Shown here one piece after another: positions 38,617-49,713 of a stretch of DNA of 64,000 bases. A program made the translations under genes and the position numbers. Every line of letters begins with the position of its first letter. Position 1 is the first letter of the stretch. Source of the DNA: Candidatus Latescibacterota bacterium (lineage in GTDB: Bacteria; Latescibacterota; UBA2968; GCA-2709665); contig OZ242180.1 in the NCBI GenBank assembly GCA_965205485.1, positions 160,001 to 224,000 of the forward strand. The letters run 5' to 3'. The notes below the pieces were generated by a model, which had not been told where the DNA came from, ran no database searches, and saw only the letters and a program-made list of their open reading frames with translations.

Positions 38617-40254
38617 TTACAACGGACAAACCAGTTGCCCGTCCAGCAGCTTGTGGTTTCCGGAATAGTCCACGGGCACGTCGATCAGGTGCACGCCGCC
38701 GGCGTCGAGGCAGCCCTTGAGCAAGCCGGCCAGCGCGTCCGTCCGTTCCAGCCGGTGTCCTGCGGCGCCGTAGCTCTCGGCATAGCGCACGAAATCCGGA
38801 TTCCCGTAGTCCAGACCGAAATCGGGCAGACCCATATCGGCCTGTTTCCATTTGATCATGCCGTAGGCGTTGTCCCGCAGAACCAGCGTGACGAGATTCA
38901 GGCCCAGCCGGACGGCGGTCTCCATCTCCTGCGAATTCATCATAAAGCCGCCGTCGCCGCAGACCGCCACCACGTTGCGGTCCGGGTATAGCAGGCTGGC
39001 CGTCATTGCGGAAGGCAGACCGGCGCCCATGGTTGCCAGGGCGTTGTCCAGCAACACGGTATTCGGCTCGTGGGCGCGGTAATTCAGCGCGAACCAGATC
39101 TTGTAGACGCCGTTGTCAAGGGCAATCAGGCCGTCGTCCGGAAGCACGCGCCTCACGTCCGCCACGAGCCGCTGCGGCAGCACCGGAAAGCGGTCGTCGT
39201 CATCGCCGGCTGCCAGCTTCGCATCCGCCCATGCCTTCACCCTGAGGAAATAGTCGAACGACCAGTGAGACTGGGGCTCGATCTTCCGGTAAATCTGCCA
39301 GAGACTGTTGCCGATGTCGCCGATCACCTCGAGCTGCGGGAAATACACGGGATCCACCTCGGCCGAGGAAAAGTTGACGTGGATGACGTGAAGGCCGCCG
39401 TCCTGCATCACGAAAGGCGGCTTTTCAACCACGTCGTGGCCCACGTTGATGATCAGGTCGGCCCGTTCGATGGCGCAGTGGATGGCGTCGCCGGAGGACA
39501 TGGCGGCGTTGCCCACGTAAAGCGGGTGGCGCTCGTCCACAACGCCCTTGCCCATCTGCGTATTGAACCAGGGTATGCCCGTTTTGTCGATGAACCGGAC
39601 CAGCATATTCGACGTACGCTTGCGATTGGCCCCCGCGCCCACCAGAAGAAGGGGGCACCCGGCTTCCTCGATCATCGCAACGGCCCGTGCGACCGCCTTT
39701 TCCTCCGCCACGGGCCGCCGCACGCGGTCCCTTGGATAGAGGTGCGCCGCCGCCTCTTCAGCGGCGATGTCCTCGGGCAACTCCAGGTGTACGGCTCCCG
39801 GCCGCTCCTCCTCGGCAACGCGGAACGCCTCCCGCACGCGCGGCGGAATGGTCGCGCCGCTGACGATGCGGGTGGTGTACTTGGTCAGCGGGCGCATCAT
39901 CTCAACCACGTCCACGATCTGGAAGTGGCCCTGTTTGCTGGATTTGATGGGCTTCTGACCGGTGATCATCAGCAGCGGCATGCCGCCGAGCTGCGCGTAC
40001 GCCGCCGCGGTGACGAAATTCGTGGCCCCGGGCCCGAGGGTGGACATGCACACCCCGGTTTTGCCGGTCAAGCGACCGTACGTGGCGGCCATGAAGCCCG
40101 CGGCCTGTTCGTGGCGGTTCACAATGACGCGGATACTCGACTCGCGCAATGACTCGAGCAGGTCCAGGTTTTCTTCGCCGGGGATGGCAAAGACAAATTC
40201 CACGCCCTCGGCCTCGAGGGCTCTTACAAACAGGTCGGAAGCTTTCATTGTCAT
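38617..40254 (-). CDS. Acetolactate synthase large subunit-like ThDP enzyme
   Basis: IPGEEN, RHEQAAGFMA, TLGPGATN, GDGGFMMNSQE…DNAYG. Confidence 0.93.
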   Translation of the reverse strand: MTMKASDLFVRALEAEGVEFVFAIPGEENLDLLESLRESSIRVIVNRHEQAAGFMAATYGRLTGKTGVCMSTLGPGATNFVTAAAYAQLGGMPLLMITGQKPIKSSKQGHFQIVDVVEMMRPLTKYTTRIVSGATIPPRVREAFRVAEEERPGAVHLELPEDIAAEEAAAHLYPRDRVRRPVAEEKAVARAVAMIEEAGCPLLLVGAGANRKRTSNMLVRFIDKTGIPWFNTQMGKGVVDERHPLYVGNAAMSSGDAIHCAIERADLIINVGHDVVEKPPFVMQDGGLHVIHVNFSSAEVDPVYFPQLEVIGDIGNSLWQIYRKIEPQSHWSFDYFLRVKAWADAKLAAGDDDDRFPVLPQRLVADVRRVLPDDGLIALDNGVYKIWFALNYRAHEPNTVLLDNALATMGAGLPSAMTASLLYPDRNVVAVCGDGGFMMNSQEMETAVRLGLNLVTLVLRDNAYGMIKWKQADMGLPDFGLDYGNPDFVRYAESYGAAGHRLERTDALAGLLKGCLDAGGVHLIDVPVDYSGNHKLLDGQLVCPL

Positions 40255-40692
40255 CCATTCAAATTGGCGATTCGGAATTGCGTTCGTTCAAATCTACGAT
40301 TCCACTGCTCGCATCCGCTGAATCCAGGGATCCTCGATATTCAATATCGATTCGCCGTTATACTTCCGGCGAAATTTCAGTGAAAACAGCCGTCATAGTT
40401 CGAACTAAGATTCATTGTCTTATTGCGGAACATTGTGATCCGCGCCATTGCGCATAGCGTGAGCCTTCGTAGAAATAGTGACTGTGATGCCACGGAACAT
40501 AAATCGGATTTGTAGGCCGACCTTGAGATTCTGGTAGTTTGTTCATTTTTTCGTTTTGGGTAGAGATTGTGGAATCTGGGACAAATTTCGTACTTTCGGA
40601 CAAACTTTATGGCTTGATGTTTTCAAGTTTGAAGTGATATATTCGTTAAGCACGTAGAAGACCTCCGAAAAACCAGTCCGAGGAGAGTTGAT

Positions 40693-41160
40693 ATGTTCAC
40701 GAATATACGAAGAATAATAGCACTCCTGGTCATGTTATCGCTGGGTTCTTGTCAAGGTTCCTGTACCTGGATGCAACCGGAAATAACAAGGAGAAATGTA
40801 AACTCATTGCAAGAAAGCAAGAGTACACCATTGGCTATTGCGGTCGTAACTGTGCGGCAACGCGACATTCCGGTGGGCAGTACAAGAATAGAACTCTCCC
40901 GTCCAGTTGCAACGCAAGCCAATAATAATGTATGGTCCGCAATCACCGATGAAAACGGTCATGCACGGATAGAGGTCGCTTCGGACAACAATGTATCAGG
41001 TAGTTATCTCATTAGAGCAACGGCGAACGGCAGCCAGATAGGTTCATGGTCAAGCATCTCAATCAAAGAAGGATACGAGGTCATGTTTGATCTGCCGATC
41101 GGTGAAGAGGCGCAGATCACAGGTTCATCTCTATTGCTTGATCAAGGCAAAACTGATTGA
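40693..41160 (+). CDS. Hypothetical lipoprotein (carboxypeptidase-regulatory-like beta-sandwich)
   Basis: AGGAG RBS, lipobox-like LGSC, ITDENG motif; AT-rich. Confidence 0.65.
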   Translation: MFTNIRRIIALLVMLSLGSCQGSCTWMQPEITRRNVNSLQESKSTPLAIAVVTVRQRDIPVGSTRIELSRPVATQANNNVWSAITDENGHARIEVASDNNVSGSYLIRATANGSQIGSWSSISIKEGYEVMFDLPIGEEAQITGSSLLLDQGKTD

Positions 41161-41590
41161 GGCGTATACAGTTCAACGATTGAAATATCATCTATTGGCG
41201 ATCAATTGTCCTTTTGGGGCCAGTTGGGATAAAACGGGTTCCTGCAAGGCATCTGGCGCTACATTACGGAATAGAACAGGTCTTTGTTCATTGCTTATGG
41301 AGAGAAGCTGCCGTACTCACTGCGCTGCAGCTGTTGCTATTGAAGGAACCGTAGGGGGTGCCGACAACACCTGTCTTTGGAGGTATGCCAGGACAGGTCG
41401 TTGGGTTGCAGCGTCGCGAGAGAATGTCGAAGCGTTGACGGGCTGAGGGGAGGGCGTTTTTTTTTTGGTTGGGAGCGCCTCGCAAGCTAAAACGTACTCC
41501 TCTGTATCAGGGAGGGAAATGCCACTATTCAGCGCTCGCGGCTTCTATGGGTAAACACGGGCCTTTTTTCATTCCTGCCAGCACGACTTC

Positions 41591-42463
41591 TCAATCCAGA
41601 CGATTCAGAAACTCGTCCAGCCATTCATCGGGGCCTCCGTGCCCGGCGAACCCCGTCTCCACGTCCTCATCGGTATGAGAATCGGACCCGCCGGTGGAGA
41701 ACATCCCGTGGCGTTCGCAATATTCCCGGTATTTCACGGTAAACTCCGGCGGCACGCTCGGGTGGGCGCACTCGATCCCGTCCAGTGAACATTCCACGCG
41801 AAGCGCATCCATCCGTTCCACGTCGTCTTCCCTGAAATAGCCGAACGGGTGCGCGATCGCCACCAGCGCGCCCGCCTCCTTGACGGCCGGCATCGCATCC
41901 CTTACGTGGGGATACGGCGGAAACCGTGTCGCCGCGCCCGCTCGCGCCATCAGGTCCGCATAGTCTTCGGTGCGGTCGATGTAACCCCGCTCCACGCAGT
42001 ACCGCTGGATGACGCCGCCCTTGACGTGCGTGTTTCCCTGCAACTCGATCGTCTTCGACGGTCTGTACGACTTTAAAAGTTCGAGACGTTCCGCATCGGA
42101 GAAATCCAGTCCGATCCCCTGCAGGCCCGCCGATATCGCCGCGCCGTAGTCCCGCTGCCAGTCGTGATACGCCTCGAGTACCCGTACCATCGACGCGGGC
42201 AGTTCCGCGGGAAAGCCATAACACAACAGGTCCACAGACCCGATCGACGTGGTCATGGTCAGTTCAGCCGAGGGTACGACCCGTATCTCCGAATAGCCCG
42301 AAGCAATCTCCAGCACCTCCGGCAGCGAATCCAGAACGTGGTGGTCCGTAATCGTGAAGCACTCGACCCCGAGTTCCCTGGCGCGCTTAAAATGGCTCTC
42401 GGGCTGCGCGAGCGCATCGTAGCTCCAGTACGTGTGCAGATGAAGATCGTATCGCGCTGTCAT
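41591..42463 (-). CDS. PHP-domain phosphoesterase
   Basis: DLHLHT..S, ITDH, AHP, TGGSDSH. Confidence 0.9.
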   Translation of the reverse strand: MTARYDLHLHTYWSYDALAQPESHFKRARELGVECFTITDHHVLDSLPEVLEIASGYSEIRVVPSAELTMTTSIGSVDLLCYGFPAELPASMVRVLEAYHDWQRDYGAAISAGLQGIGLDFSDAERLELLKSYRPSKTIELQGNTHVKGGVIQRYCVERGYIDRTEDYADLMARAGAATRFPPYPHVRDAMPAVKEAGALVAIAHPFGYFREDDVERMDALRVECSLDGIECAHPSVPPEFTVKYREYCERHGMFSTGGSDSHTDEDVETGFAGHGGPDEWLDEFLNRLD

Positions 42464-42494
42464 CTCTGCTTCCTCCATTGACCGTTCCCTCGAT

Positions 42495-43817
42495 TCATTG
42501 GCGGAGAAACCGGTCGAGAACGTTTCTCACGGTTTTCTGCAGAATCGGGTCGACGACCAGGCTGCCTCCAAAGGCGATCGACCCCACCGAGAACACGCCG
42601 CCTCCGCCCGGATGGTCGTAATACGTCATATGGGCCCCGCCCGACCCGTCCCAATCGTACCCGGCATCAGGGTAGACCGCGGATTCTCCCTGTCCCATGT
42701 AGTCTTCCGGGTTGATTCCCCTCGCCAGCACCGTGAGATTGTCCGGAGACCAGCCCTCTCTCACCTGGTCCGCCTCCCAGCCGCTCGCCGCGCCCCCATT
42801 GATGCCCTTTTCGCCGATCAGGTCCCCGTCTTTCAGACCGAGGCCCTCGAATATCCAGTGCGACGCGGCCTCCACCCGGTACGGCGCGAACGTCATGTAT
42901 CCCGGCCGCAGATACCCCACACCCAGCACGGCGTGTTCGGGCCGGCCAAGATTTCGCCAGAGCCCTCCCTCCTCGCCATTCTGGTAATGCGGCTTGCCGT
43001 CCTTCCGGATTTCCATGGTCCGGCAGGTGGAATCCCAGGTCACCTTCCAGTAAACGCCGTTACCCGACAGATAGAGCAGGTTCCCGCCCGCGTCCAGCCA
43101 GGCGTCCAGGTGGTCCCGCATCGGCTCCGACCAGTACTCGCTGTGCGTATTGATCACGAGCGCGCCGTAGTCCGCCAGCCAGTCCCGGCCGCGATGCAGA
43201 TCGAGGTCCGAATAGACGTCGACCGCGTAGCCGCACGCCGCCAGCCAGTCCAGGATCCACATTTCGGCCCGCAACAGATGGCTTCTGCCCTCTCCTTCGG
43301 GGGTCGCGGTGGGCATGGGACGGTCCAGGCTGAGCGCCACGGGCTGTGGCTCGCTGTATGCGGACTTGCCCCCCCAACCGTTGTACGCGTTCCACGTATT
43401 GGTCGAGGCAAGAACCGCCACGTCGCCCTTTCGGCGAAACCGGGGCTTGATAACGAACGGAACGTGAAACGTCGCCCCACGTTCATCGACGAACTCCGCA
43501 GTGTAGATCCACGACCGCGTTTCCTCCGGCACAATCCAGTAGAAATCCGACTCCCAGTCGCAGCCGTGCTCCCAAGCCCTGTCGGGACACGCCTGCATTC
43601 TTCCTCGCATCCCCTTCAACTGACCGATTTCTACGTTCGACTTGCCCGCGCTGCGGAAGGAAACGTCGTATCTGCGCGCGTTCGTAGTCATCCTGAACGC
43701 CATATTGTCGTCGGGCGACGCGCTCAGCCGGGAAGCGTAGCCCTGCATTCTGCTGACGTCGGGAGGAGGATGAACCGCGGGGACGATGCCGTGCGAATTC
43801 CGGGTATCCTTCTTCAT
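42495..43817 (-). CDS. N,N-dimethylformamidase beta-subunit-like (DUF6605) protein
   Basis: TW.AYN.WGG.S.Y, S.DRP, HSEYWS..MRD, LSGN..YW, VFS.GSI. Confidence 0.8.
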   Translation of the reverse strand: MKKDTRNSHGIVPAVHPPPDVSRMQGYASRLSASPDDNMAFRMTTNARRYDVSFRSAGKSNVEIGQLKGMRGRMQACPDRAWEHGCDWESDFYWIVPEETRSWIYTAEFVDERGATFHVPFVIKPRFRRKGDVAVLASTNTWNAYNGWGGKSAYSEPQPVALSLDRPMPTATPEGEGRSHLLRAEMWILDWLAACGYAVDVYSDLDLHRGRDWLADYGALVINTHSEYWSEPMRDHLDAWLDAGGNLLYLSGNGVYWKVTWDSTCRTMEIRKDGKPHYQNGEEGGLWRNLGRPEHAVLGVGYLRPGYMTFAPYRVEAASHWIFEGLGLKDGDLIGEKGINGGAASGWEADQVREGWSPDNLTVLARGINPEDYMGQGESAVYPDAGYDWDGSGGAHMTYYDHPGGGGVFSVGSIAFGGSLVVDPILQKTVRNVLDRFLRQ

Positions 43818-43827
43818 CTCGGGTCCC

Positions 43828-44862
43828 CTATCTGTACCGGGCCTTCATCGCCTGTCCCCGCTTCGCGCTCTTCGCGGCGAGGTCCAGAATGTGGATCGGC
43901 CTCCTCGCCCATTCGGGCGTAATCACCAGGGTCTCATCTTCAGTCAGGTGCCGGGCGATATTGTCGTAGAACGCCTCCCAGCGGCTGGGCATATTGGCGC
44001 CTTTCGTTACCACCTTCTCGTCTCCGAGTTGACGGATCATCTCGTAGGTGCGACCGTCGAAGATGTATGTGCCTCCGGTTCCCGAGATCTCCAGTTGCCC
44101 CTGTCGGGGATTGCTCTCGAGCGAGGAGACGGTCAGGCTCAGCCATGCGCCGTTTTCGAACCGGACCACCGCGCACGCCACGTCTTCGTTCGTATCGTCT
44201 TTCCACGGCGTTTCGCCGGCCCAGAAGCCCGTCTTTGCGTACCCGGAGACCTCGACGACGGCCGAGGGTACGATCTGGAGCCCGTACTCCAGCAGGTGCA
44301 CCCCCCAATCGTACATGACGCCCCCGGAAATCGACCGGCTGCTCCGCCACCAGTCTCCGGGGTGACCGTATCCGCCGATCCGGGCGTCGACGCGGTAGAT
44401 TTCGCCGATCGCCCTCTCCTCGTGAAGGTGCTTCAGCGCTTCCAGGACACAGCCGTCCCAGTGCCGGTTGTGGTACGCGGTGACCAGCAGGTCCCGCGAC
44501 GCGGCTTCGCGAATCATGGCGTCGCATTCTTCTGTCGTAATGGCGAAGGGCTTTTCACTGATGACGTGACGCCCCCCGCGGAGGCACTGCAGGGCCAGCT
44601 CCGCGTGGGTGTTGTGCGGCGTAATCAGCACGACCAGGTTCACGTCTGACTCTCGCAGCATTTCATCGACGGTGGGGTACAATTCGACACCGGGAAAATC
44701 CTTTCCCGCCGCGTCCAGCCGCTCCGGATCCGTCTCCGCCACCGCGCAAGGCGACATGCCCGCTTTCCGCGTATCGGTGAGATGCCTCCGGCCCATATCA
44801 AAGGCCGCGCCGTATCCGACCACGCCGGTCCTGACGTCGGACGCCCGTTCGAAATGCGCCAT
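43828..44862 (-). CDS. Gfo/Idh/MocA family oxidoreductase
   Basis: VGYG, ISEKP, HNRHWD, GGVMYDWGVH. Confidence 0.92.
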   Translation of the reverse strand: MAHFERASDVRTGVVGYGAAFDMGRRHLTDTRKAGMSPCAVAETDPERLDAAGKDFPGVELYPTVDEMLRESDVNLVVLITPHNTHAELALQCLRGGRHVISEKPFAITTEECDAMIREAASRDLLVTAYHNRHWDGCVLEALKHLHEERAIGEIYRVDARIGGYGHPGDWWRSSRSISGGVMYDWGVHLLEYGLQIVPSAVVEVSGYAKTGFWAGETPWKDDTNEDVACAVVRFENGAWLSLTVSSLESNPRQGQLEISGTGGTYIFDGRTYEMIRQLGDEKVVTKGANMPSRWEAFYDNIARHLTEDETLVITPEWARRPIHILDLAAKSAKRGQAMKARYR

Positions 44863-45026
44863 CAATTGGCCCGTAGACGTGGAACTACGTCACACATCAA
44901 AGACGAGTCCCGGCATCTGAACACGCCGGGACTTCGATATACATTGTTGAGCACAATTATCATCCGACATTACACCTGTCCGAAATCGTCTTTTCCAACA
45001 GCTATCACGACTTGATCCACCTGCAA

Positions 45027-45200
45027 CCGGAGCGAGGGCATCCTGCCCTCGAACGTCGCGTCACCTACCCCTACTCGCGTCGAGAGACCGACGGGTCCAT
45101 TCAATCCGACACCGGTTCACGGAAAACACCGTGGGCGACGAGTTATCCGATGTCGAGGGCAGGATGCCCTCGCTCCCGGGAACGCCAACCGCACCGGTCA
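45027..45200. repeat. Inverted REP doublet (REPIN/BIME-like)
   Basis: GGAGCGAGGGCATCCTGCCCTCGA at 45029 and an inverted copy at 45153, about 100 bp apart. Confidence 0.8.
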
Positions 45201-45427
45201 CAAATCGGTTTCTGTCCTGGACAGCCGTGGCCAAAAGAGGGGGACTTGCATTGGCACTTCGAAACAACTCTCAAGAAAACCAGGTACTTACGTATCCAAG
45301 ATCGTCTTTTGCAAACTATCTTGGACAGCAGTGGTCCGGCATCTAAACTTAATCCGAAAAAAGGCAACGGCAAAACTTACCACAAAAAGCCTGAATGCGG
45401 GGCCGGGGGGAGAGGTCCCGAAGGCGG

Positions 45428-48316
45428 TCAGGATCCATCGGTTTTGTCCGGAGGACTTCCGTCTCCGTCAGGTGGACCGCCCTCCGCCTCTTCAGGGTAG
45501 AGCACGAAACGCGCATAGTTCTCCATATTGAAATGCTTCCGCGCGGCGTCCCGGATGATATCGGACGTCAGACCGTCCACCAGATCGTCGTGATTAAGGA
45601 TGTTGGTGGGATCCAGTCCCAGCCAATAGTTGGACGAGAGCGTCCGTCGCCAGAATCCGTTTTCCTTCAGCGCCGCTTCCCGCGCGCGCCGGTCCGCCTC
45701 CTGGACTTTCTCGATATTGGTATCCGATGCGCCGAACAGCTTGAGACTGTCGATCTGGGCGAAAACCGCCCGCGTCAGCTGTTCGACGCTGTCGGGCGCG
45801 CAGCCGAAGCTGATCCGGATACGGTACCGCTGTTCGGGATAGCGAGACGTTGACAAGCCCACGCCCACGCCGTAGGTCCCGCCCATCTCTTCCCTCAGGA
45901 CCTCGCGAAGCCTGAATCGGAGTACGTCGATTGCCGACCCCAGGTTGTAACTGTTTTTCCGGCTCCATTCGAAGGGCCCGGTGAAGACAATCCGATTGCT
46001 GCTCTTCGGTTCCAGCCCCCTGTGGACGGTTTTTTCGATGACGCCCCGGGGAGGCCGGATACCCACGTCGCGCCACGTCTCGTTTCGCCGCGTTGCGGGC
46101 AGCCCGCCCAGGTAGGTCTTTACGAGCGGACGGATGCCGTCCGGATCGACGTTGCCGACGAAGAAGAACGTGAAATCGCTCGCGTCGGCGAACCGATCCT
46201 TGTAAATCTCGAACGAACGATCCAGGTTCATTTCATCCAGAAGCGCTTCCGACCACACCCGCGCCCGATGGTGGTACTGCGCCATCGTGACCTGAATCGT
46301 ATCGCCGAATGCCGCCCCCGGGCTGGCGCTGCGGTTTTCCAGCGATCCGCGGATGCGCTGCACGTAGGCCAGAAACGCCTCGGGGTCCTTTCGCGGCGCC
46401 GTAAACGTCAGGTAAACCAGCTGAAACATCGTCTCCAGATCTTTCAGCGATGCGCTGCCGCGAACGCCCTCCCTCAGTTCTCCGATCCACGGGGACACGC
46501 GCACCACTTTTCCTGCCAGCTTCTTCTCCAGTCCGATCGCATTGAAGGTACCCAGGCCCCCCTCCTGAACGACGGCCGACGCGGTCGCGGCCGCAAGATA
46601 GTCCCCGTCTGAAACCAGCCCGTGTCCGCCGGGGCTGAACGCGGAGAACAGCACCTCGTCGTTCTTGAAATCGGTCGGCTTCAGCACGACCCGCACCCCG
46701 TTCGACAGCGTCCATTCGGTCACGTCCAGCTCAGCGATCTTCTTCTCCGCGACGATTTCTCCAGGCGTTGGCGCCGCCTCGACGAGCGGCCGGGCCGAGG
46801 CCGCGTCTTCGTAGGGCTCGACCTCCATCTCGTCGACCCGTGCGATGACCCCCGTGAGTTCCTCTTCGGTGGGCATCGTCACGCCCTGCTTATCCGGACC
46901 GTCGACCAGAACCACGCGGTTATGCCCGGTGATCCACTCGCCGGCGAGGCGGTTCACCTCGGTCAGCCGGATTCCCGGGACCATCTCCTGGAACATCCTG
47001 TATTCATGATCGATTCCAGGAATCGGCTCACCCGTCAGAAAATGACGGATATACTCGGACGCATATCTGCGGGAACGGACCTTGTCCCGCTCCGCGTAAG
47101 CACGCTCCATCCCCCGGAGCGCCTCGGTTTTCTCGCGGTCGAGTTCCGACTGAGTAAACCCGTGCAGGCGCACCCTTCTGGCTTCCGTGAGTACGGCCTC
47201 CAGCCCCCGCGGAATCCCACCCTCTCGGACGACGGCGCCCTGCAGGTAGAACTCGCTTGTCCGGATGAATCGCCCCTGGCTGGAGTACGCGAACAGAAAA
47301 GGCGCGTCCGGTTTTTTCGTCAGTTCACGCAGCCGCGCGTTCAGCATCCTGTTGTACAGGGACTCGACGATGTTCTGGCGATAGGCCCCGGCCGAGTCCT
47401 GTTCCCGCACGGGTTGCTTGTAATAGATGGAAACGTTCGTTCTCGTCGCCTCCGGATCGGTGGCGATGGCGAACAGGGTCTCCTCGTGCCCCGGCAGCGG
47501 ATACAGCGTCCGCTTTCTGGGTTGGCTCGCCGCGGGAATCCGCCCGAAATGTTCCTGGATCAGCCCCTCGATCCATGCCGTTTCGAAATCACCCACGGCA
47601 ATGACGGACATCAGGTCCGGGCGGTACCACTCCCGATAGAACCGCTTCATCGCCTCGTGCCTGAAGGTATCCAGCACGGCCTTCTTCCCGATGGGCAGCC
47701 TATTCGCGTAGCGGGAGCCCTTGAGCAGGATCGGGAACTGCTTGTCGCGCAGCCGGGCGCCCGCGCCCCGGCCCAGGCGCCATTCCTCGATCACCACGCC
47801 TCGCTCCTTGTCGATCTCCTCCCCATCAAACAGAATGCCCGATGCCCAGTCCTCCAGAATCTGGAACCCCTGCGTCACAATCAGCGCGCTGTCCGTGGGC
47901 ACCTGAAGCATGTACACCGTCTCGTCGAAGCTGGTGTACGCATTCAGGTCGGGCCCGAATCGCATGCCGATCGATTCCAGGTAATTCACCAGGTCCAGTT
48001 TCGGGAAATTCCGGGTCCCGTTGAACGCCATATGTTCCACGAAGTGAGCCAGACCCTGCTGGTCCTCGTCTTCCAGAATCGAACCCGCGTTCACCACCAG
48101 CCGCAACTCGGCGCGGTTCTCCGGCCGCCGGTTCTCCCGGATGATATACCGGATGCCGTTGGGAAGCGTGCCAAGCGTCACATTCGGATCCACCGGCAGT
48201 CTCGCCGGGGGAGGCGGCGGCGCAACAGCCTGCGGCGGAGCGGCCTTCTGCGGCGCGGCACATGCGCCGAAAAGGATGAGAGAGAACAGGAGAGGAAACC
48301 GCAGCGCGTGTTTCAT
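45428..48316 (-). CDS. M16 family zinc protease (PqqL-like), lipoprotein
   Basis: GLAHFVEHMAFNGT, NAYTSFDETVY, KERGVVIEE; lipobox-like FGAC. Confidence 0.93.
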   Translation of the reverse strand: MKHALRFPLLFSLILFGACAAPQKAAPPQAVAPPPPPARLPVDPNVTLGTLPNGIRYIIRENRRPENRAELRLVVNAGSILEDEDQQGLAHFVEHMAFNGTRNFPKLDLVNYLESIGMRFGPDLNAYTSFDETVYMLQVPTDSALIVTQGFQILEDWASGILFDGEEIDKERGVVIEEWRLGRGAGARLRDKQFPILLKGSRYANRLPIGKKAVLDTFRHEAMKRFYREWYRPDLMSVIAVGDFETAWIEGLIQEHFGRIPAASQPRKRTLYPLPGHEETLFAIATDPEATRTNVSIYYKQPVREQDSAGAYRQNIVESLYNRMLNARLRELTKKPDAPFLFAYSSQGRFIRTSEFYLQGAVVREGGIPRGLEAVLTEARRVRLHGFTQSELDREKTEALRGMERAYAERDKVRSRRYASEYIRHFLTGEPIPGIDHEYRMFQEMVPGIRLTEVNRLAGEWITGHNRVVLVDGPDKQGVTMPTEEELTGVIARVDEMEVEPYEDAASARPLVEAAPTPGEIVAEKKIAELDVTEWTLSNGVRVVLKPTDFKNDEVLFSAFSPGGHGLVSDGDYLAAATASAVVQEGGLGTFNAIGLEKKLAGKVVRVSPWIGELREGVRGSASLKDLETMFQLVYLTFTAPRKDPEAFLAYVQRIRGSLENRSASPGAAFGDTIQVTMAQYHHRARVWSEALLDEMNLDRSFEIYKDRFADASDFTFFFVGNVDPDGIRPLVKTYLGGLPATRRNETWRDVGIRPPRGVIEKTVHRGLEPKSSNRIVFTGPFEWSRKNSYNLGSAIDVLRFRLREVLREEMGGTYGVGVGLSTSRYPEQRYRIRISFGCAPDSVEQLTRAVFAQIDSLKLFGASDTNIEKVQEADRRAREAALKENGFWRRTLSSNYWLGLDPTNILNHDDLVDGLTSDIIRDAARKHFNMENYARFVLYPEEAEGGPPDGDGSPPDKTDGS

Positions 48317-48326
48317 CGAAAGGACC

Positions 48327-49671
48327 TCAGCTTTGGGGAGTCCACGTCTCGGCGAGGGGTCGATGGGTGAACGCCTTCGCGTCTTCGCCGAGATAATCTC
48401 CGGCAATCTGCCCGTTCCCCTCGATGATGTATTTGTAGATGACAAGGCCCTCCAGCCCTACGGGACCCCGGCTGTGCAGCCTGTTGGTGCTGATGCCCAC
48501 CTCGGCGCCCAGACCGTAGCGGAACCCGTCGGCAAAACGGGTCGACGCGTTGTGCAGCGTGGACGCGGAATCCACCTCGCGCAGAAACCGGGACGCCGCA
48601 GCCCTGTCTTCCGTGACGATCGTATCGGTGTGATTGCTGCTGTAGCGGTTGATATGATCGACCGCTTCCCGAACGCCGTTCACCACTTTGACGGAAATCA
48701 CCATGTCAAGATATTCCGTACCCCAGTCCTCCTCTGTCGCCCGCGGCAGCTCATCTCCCGCCAGCGTTCGCGTCAGATCGTCGCCCCGCACATCGACGCC
48801 GTTCCGCTGGTAGATTCCCGACCATCTCCGGCAGGAATTCACCCGCAATATCTCTGTCAACAAGCAGGGTTTCAGCCGCGTTGCACCCTGAGGGATTCTG
48901 GGTCTTGGCGTCCAGACAGATCCGCTTCGCCTTCTCGATGTCCGCCGCCGCATGCACGTACACGTGGCAGATGCCGTCGGCGTGCCCCATCACCGGAATC
49001 CGGGTATTCCGCATAATGTACTGAACCAATTCGTTGCCGCCCCGGGGGATGATGAGATCGATCAGATGGTGAAGGTCCAGAATTGCCTGCACGTCCTCAC
49101 GCGCCTCCATCAGATGCATCCAGCCGTCCGGAATGCCGGGCAGGCCGCGCGTGGAGCCGATGAGGACGCGTGCCAGCGCGCGGTTGGTATGAAACGCCTC
49201 GCTGCCGCCCTTGAGCAGCACCGCATTGCCCGACTTCAGGCAAAGCGTGGCGATCTGCACGAGCGCGTCAGGCCGCGATTCGAAAACGATCCCCAGGACA
49301 CCGATCGGTACAGATACTTTGTACATTTTCAACCCCTGGTCCATCTCGGTTGCGGCCAGCGTCCGGCCAATGGGGTCCTCCTGTGCTTTCACGCTGCGCA
49401 CACCCGGGATGATTTCGTTGCGCAGCTTGACCTCATCCGTCTTCAGCCGCCCCACCAGCGCGCCCGTCAGCCTGCCTTCGGTCAGCAGGACCTCCGCGGC
49501 TTCCAGATCCCTCCGGTTCGCCTCCAGTATGGCGCCCGCGTTGGCTTCCAGTCCCTTCGCGATTGCCTCCAGCGCCCCGTTTCGTTCCTTCTCGGATGCA
49601 TTGCTCAATTGCAATGCCGCAGCCCGGGCGCCCTCGGCTCTTGATCGAATTTCGTCTGACACTTCCAACAT
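48327..49671 (-). pseudogene. proA: Gamma-glutamyl phosphate reductase with a 1-nt frameshift near 48817 (pseudogene or sequencing error)
   Basis: 5' part [32 protein letters not shown]; 3' part in another frame WGTEYL…HTD…[20 protein letters not shown]. Confidence 0.9.
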
Positions 49672-49713
49672 CCTCCTTCGTTACCGGCTGACAGATTCGA
49701 CAGTCCGAGCCCC

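Noticed and set aside
40260..40620. AT-rich stretch with a 63-aa ORF
   Set aside because: No RBS or family motif recognised.
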